Of a stretch of DNA of 64,000 nt, positions 30,301-38,600 are shown in pieces. Each line of letters starts with the position of its first letter. Within the stretch, counting starts at the first letter, position 1. The position numbers were made by a program, and so were the translations under genes. The DNA is taken from IMG/VR virus record IMGVR_UViG_3300013117_000027; one strand, 5' to 3'. The stretch is from a virus. A model generated the notes under the pieces. The model worked only from the letters and a program-made list of their open reading frames with translations. It was not told the DNA's origin and searched no databases.

Positions 30301-32684
30301 ATACAGAAGCTAATATAATGTCTATCAATGATAATATAAAAGCTGGAGCAGAGTACAGTCTTCCTGAAAGATGTTTCGATAAAGATACCAATATTGAAAC
30401 TGATAAAGGAATAAAGCGTATATGTGATGTATTGATTGGTGACTATGTGAGAACACATGATAACAAGTGGAAACAAGTATATAACACTTCTAATAGGAAT
30501 GTTGATCATAATGAAAAGGTGTATGAAGTTAAAGTTCAATCAAGAGAAAAAGTTAAAGTTACAGAAGAGCATCCATTCTATGTAATAGAATCTAAACAAT
30601 GTCATAATTGGTCTCATAAAGATTCTGTTTGCGTTCTAAAGAATAATAAGAAATGTAGTAAATGTAAACACACATATTATAAAGAATATGAACATCAATG
30701 GATACCAGTTAAAGACCTAACTAATAACCACTTTGTAGCAACTCCAATATTGGATATAACTGAAAACTCAGAACCTATCGATGTGTATTCATTATTAAAA
30801 GAATATACAAATATAGAAACAGTTGATAATATTATACGATTCTCAAATTATAATGTTAAAGGAAAAAAACAAGGGATTCAGATACCAAGATATATAGAAC
30901 GAACACCAGAACTATATGAGTTATTTGGATGGTATCTTGCTGAAGGATCAAGAAATTCTGCAAAATACCCATATAATGGCTTAAACTTCGCTCTTAATTC
31001 ATCAGAAGAGAATATAGCACAACGAATATGTTACTTATTTAATCGTATCTTTGGAGTTCGTTCTTTCTCTATTAAGAATGTATCAGATAATGGAATAAAT
31101 GTAAGAATATATTCATCTCTGGTTTCGTTAGTGTTTCAGAAGTTATTTAAACATGGCTCAAATAATAAATATATTCCATCACTTATATATAATACATCTG
31201 AAGATAATCTTAAATCTATGATTAACGCTGTATGGTTAGGTGATGGTTGTTATAATAAGAATAGAAAAATAATAAAAGTTATATCATCTTCTTTAATATA
31301 CGATATAAATAACTTGTTATTAACATTAGGATATATGCCGAGTGTTAACTTTATTAAAGGTGGAAAGAAAAAAAAGATATATCGTAATAATAAAGAGTCA
31401 GTTATTAGTGACTGTTGGACTGTTGAGTGGATTGAGAATCCAAAATGTACAAAAGATAGATATATACATGATGATTATTATTATACACGAGTATTATCTA
31501 AAAAAAACATATCAATAGATGAAGTATATAATATCGATGTTATTGATTCTAATTCATATATAGCTAATGGTTTGGCTGTTCATAACAGTATTGGGGCTGC
31601 TTGGGAAAACTTCACTAACACTAATACGTTTCTTGTCAACAAGTTCTTTGCTTACAAAGATCCGTTAGAGCATTACAAACAGTATCAATTGTACGGTCAA
31701 GAATATACACCATGGACAGATCCTTATGGAAGTTTTATAGCTCCTCAAACTAGAACTATGATGGCTCAAGAGAATCCTATAAGTGCTGCAATTAATTGGG
31801 GTTTTGGACTTCCTTATCTATTAGGTGGAAGAGCTGGAGGTATATATGGAGCAGTTGCAGGAGGTGCATATGGTGCTATTCATGGTATGGTAAGAAAAGC
31901 TTCTGGAACAATTTATACACCAGAACATATGCAGAAAGAGCGCCAGATAAATGACTATTTCGATCAGTTAAAATTCGACAGGAACATGAGAATGGCGTCT
32001 TTATCAGAAGGTCTTACTAGGAAAGAATATAGTAATCAAGCAAGATCTACAATGACAAGTATACTATCTCAAGGTGGTAAGTATACAGATATGTTTAGAG
32101 CTGCTCAGTCTAGCGAGAAACCATATCTAGCTGCATGGTTAGATGAAACTAATCCAGAACGTAGAGATGAGATAGCTAGATTCTTACCTGAGAAGATGGG
32201 TCATGCAATGAGAACATTTTGGCATTCAACTGATAACAAGATGTCTACAAGAGATTTCTTAGAATCTACTAGTGCTGACTTGGCTAACGGAAGAAAGACC
32301 ACGCCTTATAGTATGAATATGTTAGATCCTACTGTAGAACTAGAGGATATAAAACTTAAAACTATACAAAATCAAGGTCTTAATCAACACGATTTTGGTC
32401 TTGGATGGCAAGAACAAATGCTTAGGGTACAGAATCAGATAGATGATATGCAGATAGCTGAGATATCAGCCAGACCTTTAGAACCTGTAAATGTTAATAC
32501 AGCTGGTATGAAAGCAGCTATATACGAGATGCTTAATCAGATGGGACTTAGTGGACGTGTACAATTATATGTTAATAATCATAGTACTAATAATAACAAA
32601 GTAACGTTGACTGTTCAACGAGACAGATTACAAACTTTAAAGCGAAGTTTTAATTCAAGGAATAGGTGGATGAGAAATGTCTAA
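21369..32684 (+). CDS. Giant virion protein at the tape-measure position; four inteins and a PD-(D/E)xK nuclease domain; about 2100 aa after splicing
   Basis: Follows the chaperones; Gly/Ala-rich hydrophobic segments; four C...HN|S/T intein units; GTRYHEQ...SGHVD...EIKT...HVGQINFY nuclease motifs. Confidence 0.8.
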   Translation: MAYYDPRTSDERYYDPHRNTSGSLTSSVTSGIGSFAKNAVGYMVMYSAMTFAGGVTSKFIGNIAKTQALKGTGTIAKRISALKAPTLGKIAKQFTPVRHAATRVRMATRPLRQAYKKRARLLERVNRKDSLLGDKARFTSAFRNGKTLAATAGNLLYKHGIKGSVAGYAWDSVAGNLPMYGLEEKAAWNVPGHVMNYAKYMKDNIITFSAFGAIGPIYKGARGTIGLGLRNVMEKNTAFRDKILGNLAKITRPRYSSVQAPTKATNSIFKEDVNNFNTANSYNVFNKAIDATKAAGKTFYSAFIENARTMFAEAGRHGSHNIHKPTKGSVTSFLSRFKKNITDHWQMHREQARYGRTVGVLESEGMRTMKTFEHLGNIESTAGQALEQTTAKNTNMNLINSIRDDQLKPKNFLAQVLSLRPTVTGDVMNTDYISRVGSNFAKYFPKSKAHVVDQAMSNVRMGNDYYSRGKFNVDLSMLSPLHQLKRVTNKIMGLNLSFMIGLPPVGRDLSLGNITGWNSLMGGSVRSTPFNKDTTGLGLIVKSGGVTDTRGNLVQRGTPRTLQQLAADTLGENMSDNLNVSLINGKFYAADGVNLTNLNSMNTVLKYSHPEIFGKAGEAKLSNIKEWIYHSSREPGSIMEANKWLTDANRNTASNPFQWAMKKLDWGVPEAIPNAWRKLKEILTPGRIRHAGKNLNHSQDLQAEMWENLLSKRIDYDKLKAHIPIMRDSMEHTGQEVGMLMQSPTIYQEIAHNSRYLQANQMDSAIFHSDEKFMTKLFNMQESALDQNDVFWKLMKNPDSKAIYETALWNPKKAKDAIPFKRQGRLSDYNSMNVLKTQFVTEGLNVDYSMTNMHPFVDAADTLFKQGHISGTQSTAMKMYGFVSTLFADGNLDNFAKGTPTPQDKTALGAVINTFKKRHNIELEHAMDYISRTEFRTPSRDGKLFQTLKETILDPRLLPSVREQVYDKSPFFALSVGDNGSGKFQTGIKKALDIGAERLTNLIKMTTGLRRDPFKYGDGVRGAARFISTRGGQLAAAGLAYKALDALIADNPMLDETALDQGITGFIADNVAKTHLLSSRIANMTGIAGVGRYLDGLMPGFVSSAPGAIVGAALNWRRGITETAVGAVKGAISNRVLSPLMPDMTKTYDQLEAEYSGKEEVPIIEGRMWLMGTTPWQGKRVIGWRPNWYQRMHSRWKASDSLYGSELRKLLHEPIFPVGISVGDIIDPYYMERKHYFSRPYAECIYPQAFVQIHNGIKMVKDIVKGDKIYDVDGVIYNVKDVTSRNVKNNENIHSVNLVGIHEPLIISEDHKQPIIKDIKCKYKSASNKSCVGEHKGICKKCKSKRTSFEIDWVETKDINVGDFLVKPIVRPVYNGDVIQLSKYINFRNYVVEKDICYIIDKNNKKTKTNAQNTFRIDDKIAYYFGLYLAEGWINFGRNKPHTVNTVHNMKEYDYVKTYITHMCSVFKCSYSEEKHDNYVTFHIHNVLLAELIFGLFNKASDKKCIHFTKEIDRKIVAGIIFGDGHYDISNVVLTNTSLNIHGYVTTVLENDMIPICIKKHCNNGKQSYRTSFPYSYLDEYRMKYDSNYKNKCIQTPKGRSNRIYFRNGSILRRVLSNDIIEYKDKLYDIVTDSPKQSFTLLSHCIHNSADFGADIPLGLGPIVSATLGQVIKPKKQMHREFMEGDDVIGDSDFAANPPPTYKEMRGMMKTGTWNSNSIGSRSSFMGTARYGGTKLYGQRMADQVLDNFESAMGLVGFAGHSIRQGLTSDAAIIPTVETAGRIASQSRSYYDMNLGGLGVYCLPYDGKVLTPNGLTNIGEINSGDIVYDQCYSKKKVTNTFSRICDDDERMYTFTLNAGKTQIDCTWNHPLAIYRKETCHDGKVKPCIPNSKKHCTICTKQDKEVYWDWVQAQDVKVGDYAVMPLPKSDTSVETVDLSAYSDYSFSDKYIYTRAGNGYITALEMLEHNPSLTRKQLREYVDDKDAKEALYSIRKNKIPTRYGRYLDITHNIAWFIGWWLAEGSSNIRNEEVMFSLNINELHIAKTLGKIYAESFGGKFRIYEYPDRTICVLVIKNKVLASYLKSFGNVYTKSMNSLVHLSDNKLRALIDGIIQGDGWINHKLQRGGFKSASSKLVRDVWLSLFRLGIQSSITIDYLEKANGRLLNGKVRKDHVRSELQMSRGGYTNYSDVVLNHKKSKDVSTGRVFTRDGNLYIKISNISSLDCSGTKVYDIEVEESHCFIGNYLLLHNSEALRRFVTKPDWREYGVNPIPNLMPNWLPGKFLKGDPFCVTASTMIEVNGNNLKRAEDVTTDDLIRTHTGKLVKPSFIKKRSMKNSESLYRLKVSSLSSFPIEASEEHPIWTESGWKHIKDINIGEYVGYPISDINDLTTTDKILDCSKLTPYPFDHKYIYTSGCDQEFVDMISYIETIQSSFKRGELKNLLFKNNWDRRKFERAQVAVRNNINRRIPRYIDISSPEWGSLIGYYLSEGCINIKDDKFIGVGFAFNINEKEYHDEVMSCLKSVFNIHSKLYQAKGTNGCSVIVNNLAIPHILCGLFGRYFDEKHIGLQHIDSIKETVRTLINGDGSYYFDRGKPRLSLKLENHQLLYQIRQILLSYGYVGYINDNNLIIRGQAAKECALFINTTKYKDTKDSSYTCRHTYIKDGYVWMRVFDNIVIKNENVYGFQVDTDDSFCTAGIATHNTKINNGELRLPGPAYEKTHAGVDKSMPARASMLGSPTEHSIQYFTGLLPPHLKEQYDILETGTRYHEQIQQWLAAENLLVQAEALVYDEKNNISGHVDAIIKDGMGGRGKKALEIKTISEEGLKRLDGPKWQHVGQINFYMNQLKLKKGGILYVSRDNPANFKMFDVNYSHNRLEKDLEKLHKARSVSSQMLAKSIEGDGYGFSYSWLDRLYILSDVAPTSKEYKEAKFIVERQIKAGMLDPDGIAKYHRAKKHRDATVRKYELYPLRFKGRVMSPDTEANIMSINDNIKAGAEYSLPERCFDKDTNIETDKGIKRICDVLIGDYVRTHDNKWKQVYNTSNRNVDHNEKVYEVKVQSREKVKVTEEHPFYVIESKQCHNWSHKDSVCVLKNNKKCSKCKHTYYKEYEHQWIPVKDLTNNHFVATPILDITENSEPIDVYSLLKEYTNIETVDNIIRFSNYNVKGKKQGIQIPRYIERTPELYELFGWYLAEGSRNSAKYPYNGLNFALNSSEENIAQRICYLFNRIFGVRSFSIKNVSDNGINVRIYSSLVSLVFQKLFKHGSNNKYIPSLIYNTSEDNLKSMINAVWLGDGCYNKNRKIIKVISSSLIYDINNLLLTLGYMPSVNFIKGGKKKKIYRNNKESVISDCWTVEWIENPKCTKDRYIHDDYYYTRVLSKKNISIDEVYNIDVIDSNSYIANGLAVHNSIGAAWENFTNTNTFLVNKFFAYKDPLEHYKQYQLYGQEYTPWTDPYGSFIAPQTRTMMAQENPISAAINWGFGLPYLLGGRAGGIYGAVAGGAYGAIHGMVRKASGTIYTPEHMQKERQINDYFDQLKFDRNMRMASLSEGLTRKEYSNQARSTMTSILSQGGKYTDMFRAAQSSEKPYLAAWLDETNPERRDEIARFLPEKMGHAMRTFWHSTDNKMSTRDFLESTSADLANGRKTTPYSMNMLDPTVELEDIKLKTIQNQGLNQHDFGLGWQEQMLRVQNQIDDMQIAEISARPLEPVNVNTAGMKAAIYEMLNQMGLSGRVQLYVNNHSTNNNKVTLTVQRDRLQTLKRSFNSRNRWMRNV
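25098..26312 (+). mobile_element. Intein 1 with LAGLIDADG homing endonuclease (405 aa)
   Basis: RPYAE|CIYPQAFV...SEDHK...FGLYLAEG...AGIIFGDG...LYDIVT...CIHN|SADF. Confidence 0.92.
26772..28115 (+). mobile_element. Intein 2 with LAGLIDADG homing endonuclease (448 aa)
   Basis: GLGVY|CLPYDGKV...TWNHP...IGWWLAEG...DGIIQGDG...VYDIEVEESHCF...LLHN|SEAL. Confidence 0.95.
28233..29471 (+). mobile_element. Intein 3 with LAGLIDADG homing endonuclease (413 aa)
   Basis: KGDPF|CVTASTMI...SEEHP...IGYYLSEG...TLINGDG...VYGFQVDTDDSF...ATHN|TKIN. Confidence 0.95.
30372..31586 (+). mobile_element. Intein 4 with LAGLIDADG homing endonuclease (405 aa)
   Basis: SLPER|CFDKDTNI...TEEHPF...FGWYLAEG...AVWLGDG...VYNIDV...AVHN|SIGA. 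Confidence 0.95.
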
Positions 32685-35600
32685 CTATGATAAAGATAAA
32701 CCAAAACCTAACTGGTATAATAGAGTAGCTGTAGGATCTATCGGTCTTGCTAGTATTGGTGTAGTAGCTTATAAGATGGGCGGTCCTACAGGAAGACTAT
32801 TAGATAATATAAGAGATGAACTTGTAGAGAAAGATGCAGCAGATAAGTATCTTAAGTGGTCAAGGAAAAGTGTTGCTCCTGAAGATGTTAAAGATCTACA
32901 GGCTAAAATTGTTACTTCATCAAGAGGCGATACTATGCTAGCAGGCGGACCTCCTACAGATGAAATGATGAACGAAGCTATAGATAAAGAGTTTAAGAGA
33001 CACCAGATAACAGATGATCAACTGTTTAATAAAGCTGCTAGAATGGAAGCTGATATAGAAGCAGCGTTTAATCAGGATATCCATGGTCATGCTACTGATA
33101 AGTTAATGAAGTTAAAAGAGTTTAGACGTTACCATAAAGCTCCAACAGATGCTGAGATGAGAAGAGATATGGTAGTTTCTAAACTAAAACATCAGACCAT
33201 AACTGATTATCATAGAACATCTTATGTTGGCATGGAAGGAGTGCCAGATATAGATCTTACAGATCCTGATATCGTTAGAGATCCTTTTGCTAAGTCTGAA
33301 GAGATAGATAAGTTACATCAACATTATATGAAGAACGATAAGGTGTATGCTAGAAAATATAACAAAGCATTACATGCTTCTTTAAAAGAGATTAAAATTT
33401 CTACTGCAACATCTACTATAGCTAATCCTACTCTACAGAAGAATGGGATATTTGGTACTAATAGTGTACCTAAGTCTATGGGTTCAGTAAAGAATATGTG
33501 GTCTAGTATTCTCGATATAGAGGGCGCAAATGCTTATACGTTAGAACCTGATAAAAGTGTTATGTTACATATAACTGGTCAGGCTGGATTTTCGTCTGAT
33601 GAGATAGTAGCTAAACCTACGTCTTTTGAACTAAAGATGGATAACTCTACAAGGATAAAGTATCAAAAGTATATGCCTCAGTTAAAGAGGATTCAAGGAA
33701 GACTAGAAGAGATTCAGACTCAACTTCACGGTAGGCGCGGTTCTCACGTCATATCTGATATACAAATATCTGATCAAGTTTACTCAGTAGGATCTAATAG
33801 GCAAGTATCTTACGCTGTGGTCGAATGGGATGTTAACGTTGGTACCACGAAGAAGCACGTTACAATACCTATACCTATGGCTGAGAATAACACTGTTCCT
33901 AGTATTAAAGGTATTAATGGAAGACTACGAGCTAACGTTAATTATGTGTCTGCTAATCCATTCGGTCTTGGTTCAAGACAGGTTGTTAATACTACACAAA
34001 TGGCTTTCGAAGAATTACATAATTCACTTACAAGTTCTATGATGAATGAGATGGAAGTAGATACCTCTAAGTTTCAACGTAGAATAGTGGATCGTATTAG
34101 TAACAGAATAGAAAATGGAGTTAAACCTCTTGCTAATGAAACTAGAGATTTCTTTAGTGCTCACCAGGTGAAAGTAATAACTAATGATACTATTATGAAA
34201 AGGAAGGGTGAATCAAGAAAAGGTTTTTTTAAACAGTTAAGAAGTGGCGGTAAGAGTTTAAGAAACATGCAGTTAATAAAGAATAATCCTCATGAATACG
34301 TTACGATGTTCCTCGATATAGAGACTATTAACTTAATGACAAATTCTCCACAGTTACAAAAAGGCGATCCTTTTACAGGAATATGGCAATATGGTATTGT
34401 AGAGCAAGACATGGGTACTGGTAATATAAGAAGAGTTAAACAGATAGCTTCTGATCATGTTCTTAATGAACAGTATATGTTAATAGATAAACATATTAAA
34501 GATGGTACTTTAAAGAATGCATTAAAAGACAATGGTAATACAGGTAAGAACCTTAGATCTATGGCAGAGTATGCACAGAGAACAGTAGGTGGTTCAGATG
34601 ATCTAGACGCTTTACTAAGAATGAGAGAGATGATAAAAGCTCAAGCTAATGTTGATAATAGATACGTTAATTCTTTGTACAAAAATCCTATTAGAACATC
34701 TAATGATTTCGCGAGAGTGATAGACAGTGAGTTAAGAAATGCACAGATGAGAGCTGCTAAAGAGGGTAAGAAACTTATAATAGGTACTGCTAATGGAGAT
34801 TTTGACTTAAGTATCATTGGTAATCTATTAGGAGATTCAGCGTATGCTTCTAAGTTTGATCACCTTGATGTACAGACTATGACAAGAGCTATGACATTAG
34901 GGTTGTACGACCAACCTGCTATGTCTGCTGAGAATCTAATGCCGTGGTATGCATCTAAAACTGGAAGACCAGGTCTTTCTATGTTGTCTTTATCTAAAGA
35001 TCCTGTAGGAACTGTTAAAGCTATAAGTACTGGAGTAACACCTACTGCTCATGTAGGTACCAGGCGTGCTCTAGATATGATGGTAAACGGAGAATTATCT
35101 AAGTATGGTAAGTGGGCTATAGCGGCTGGGCACTCATCTTCTGTATACGATAATGTTAATGCCCTAGGTATAATGCATATGCAAATGGAGTTCTTTGAGA
35201 AAGATGGGTTTCAGACAGCTAGAAATATAGAAGATTTTGTACAGAACGCATCTGGTTATGATGTTAATAAAAACCTTAAATCTCACTTAGAATTAGAGTT
35301 AGGAAGACTTCCTGGACAACAACAATGGTTTTCTTATGGACTAATGTCGTCTAATGCTGCTTCTAAGAAGATAGGAAGTATGGTACATATAGCTCATATG
35401 TGGCCTGGACTATCTCTTAATCCTGGTAACAAAGATTTACACCAGTTCGCTAGACACGACATGGTAAGGAAAGATACTATTAAGAATCCTCATCGTGAGT
35501 ACATGATGAAGAATCCTTTGAGATCTAATGTTGTTACTAAGGTAGAACACTGGATGACAAGAGTGTCAGACTTTGACATGAGGTACTATGCTAATGAGTT

Positions 35601-38600
35601 ACAGTTTAATATGGCTTACGCTGTTAATATGACAGGTAGTAAGAACGGTCTTTTCAAGACAGCGGCTGATACATTAGACTTTACAGTTCATTCTACTACA
35701 AGTGTAAGGGCAGGGGATTTGCCTGCTGACTCTAAACTTGCTAACGAGTTAACAAACATATACTCTAAAATTACAAAGAAAGTTAAAGACTTGTCTAAGA
35801 CTTTACACGGTGATCCTAATCACACTATCAGTGGCGAGATGTGGAAAGAAGCTTGTTCTCTTGTCTTAGCTAAGGAAGGTGTTACATTGCCTACTTTTAC
35901 AAGAGATGCTAATGTTCCAATGAAGGTTTCTATAGGTGGTGAAGATCATGTATTTAACTCTCAACTAAACGGACGAGTAACATCGTTACGCGTTGATGGA
36001 CGTCCCGGTGAGAAAGGAACACCGGGATTTATAGCGGATATAATGTTTGAGGCATCAGGTAACGATCTTAATAATGCTGCAGTTAATCATATGGGAACTA
36101 AGAGTATTGTCACAAGACTTAATGTTAAATCTGCCGAACTAGCATATGGTAAGTTTAATGTACTTCCCGATAACTATGCTATTATGAACTTTGATTTCTT
36201 AGACAAGAAATATTGGGGATCAATGAAAGAGATGATGATTAGGAAAGGTTTGGGTGTGTCTATGTATAACGCTAAACATGCAGCTACAGCAGAGCAACGA
36301 GCTTATGCTGTTAAATCTTACAAGAGAATAGCTAACTTAATAAGAGGTTCTTTTCCTGTTACACAGAATAAAGATGGTAGTGTTCGTTTTGGACCAAGAA
36401 ATCTTTCAGAAGATCCTAAAGAAATAATGAAAAAAATGTCAGCTATACGTATGAACGACATAGTTTACGAACTAGGAGCCGTAGGACATGAAGCGTCTTG
36501 GACTCGTAAGACGATGGAATCTTACTATAATCTTAGAGGTGGCGGTGATATGTGGAGAGGGCGAGATAAGATTAGAAATGAAGTGGCTGATCTTTTATTA
36601 GGTCTAGATAGTGCTGCTAGTAAGATAGAAAAAAGAACTCAACAAGTAATGACTACTGCTGATCAACGTACTCTTATCAAATTATTAGATCCTTTAGGAA
36701 TGATAGAAGATAATCTGAGACAACGAGATGAACTAGTTGGTGGAAGTATAGAATCGCATTATAAGACATTGACTAGAGATAAACAAGAGCAACTTATAAA
36801 AGGAGCACGTATAACTCCTTTCTTACAAGAGTTACCAGATTTACAAGGAGGTGGTAGTTTCTTAGGATTCTATGGCGGGTATCAACCTTCAGCTATTTAT
36901 AATAATAACGCTGGAAGAGATATAAAGTATATGCATGACGTGAAGTGGCAAAAGTCTTACTTTGAACAAACACATGTAAAAGACTCGCTATTCTCTACAA
37001 GAACAAGAAGACTTTTAAGATCCTCGATGGGTTATAGGAGACCTGGTTCAGGCGGTAGTAAACAGTTAGATGTAGCTAAGAAGTTCTTTAGACTGTCAGA
37101 GGCTATACAGAACAAAGGGGTTGCTGACTTAGCATCTGAACATATGTTAACCTTAGATAATATAGATGCTATTATTCACAGAAGAACTACAATGAAAGCT
37201 TTTGAAAGAGACTTAGAATCTCTGGCCGATAATAAGAATACACACGAGATAGCAGCTATTAGTGATTCTCTAGATGATATGCTTAAAGATGTTAACAAGG
37301 CAGAGTCTATTAATAAGGACGCAGTTGCTCATTCAATATTCCAGAAGACTACTGGTGAAAGACGAGAGATATTAGAAACTGTTGCTAAGAGAAATAACTA
37401 TCTACATCAAACAGAGATACAAGAATGGGCTGACCTTGCTGTTAAGAAGAAAGATATATTCTTCCTTCCTAGTAAATTTAAACATAAGGATAAGATATAC
37501 GGTAACGAAAGACTTACTATAACATTAGAGGATGCTGCTGAAGCTTTTAACAAAAAAGTTTTACCTACTGAACCATTAGATTCAAACGCCTTTCTTTCTA
37601 TGTTACGACTAGTCCAAAAAGGTGAGAAGTATAAGACATTGTCTAAAACTAATCAACAACTATTCGATATTGTCGATCTAGGTAATGGGAAACATGAGAT
37701 ACACTTAGGAGGTTTTCTAATGCCAGCACATGGACACGTGGGTAATATTGCCGATATGATGGATTCACAACAATACGGTATAGGTACACAGACTACTAAG
37801 ATGTCTTTTGACATGATGGAAGGATATTATATGTATGCCAAAGATATGATAGAAGGTAGAACTGATAATCTAGGTGCTCATTCAACAAGACTTTTCACTG
37901 ATCAGATGAAGATGTATACACATGCTCTTTCAATGGACAAAATGTCTGCTATGTTTAAGTCTACACAAACTGGAGTTATGCAAGGATTTCAAGCTGTTTA
38001 TAAGTCGGTAGATACACATATAGCTTCAGCTCATCAGGTAATTCAAGATATTGCATCAGACGCTCCTTATATAAAAAAGTGGTTTGCTACTAATAAACAA
38101 TGGACAAAAAAAGATGTCACAGGGGTACTTAACAGATTTACTCAGATGAAACTTAATACTATGACTGCTATGACAAGTACGTTATTCGATGAGAAACAAG
38201 TTGCAGTAAATTTTACTACAGGCAAACAAGAAATGATAGCTGACATGATTCAGAAAGGTACTAAAGAGTTTCAAGAGATGGTAGCAGAAATGAAACTAGG
38301 AAGAAGAACATTACCTGGAGGAGTTGCAGTAAGATTTCCAATGCTGCCTAATGGTGTTAATCCTGGATTCGAAGGTCCTCTGTTTGCTATGCCAGATGAA
38401 ATAGGTACAGGTTTACTAGGCATGAGTAATAATCATATGTACATGGTAGAACCTATCGGAGAACTCGTGAAAGCTGATAATGATGTAGACTTAATGGCGG
38501 TAGTAATGAAGTCTTTTAGTACTATAGAAGATATAGATAGAGCGTCTAGTGAATCTAGGTATAGTCTTAATAAGTTAATGTCGAGACTACAAGGTGGAGG

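Noticed and set aside
29472-30371. Cas4-like domain as evidence of a CRISPR-Cas locus
   Set aside because: No repeat-spacer array, no cas1/cas2 in the window and no Fe-S cysteines; it is a RecB-family domain within a virion protein.
25098-31586. Group I introns as the explanation for the AT-rich inserts
   Set aside because: The inserts are in frame with canonical intein termini (Cys...His-Asn|Ser/Thr); protein splicing explains them fully.
21369-32684. Calling the 3771-aa ORF a plain tape measure protein
   Set aside because: Position fits, but I saw no periodic Trp/Phe repeats, and it contains globular conserved regions and a nuclease; left as a tape-measure-position protein.
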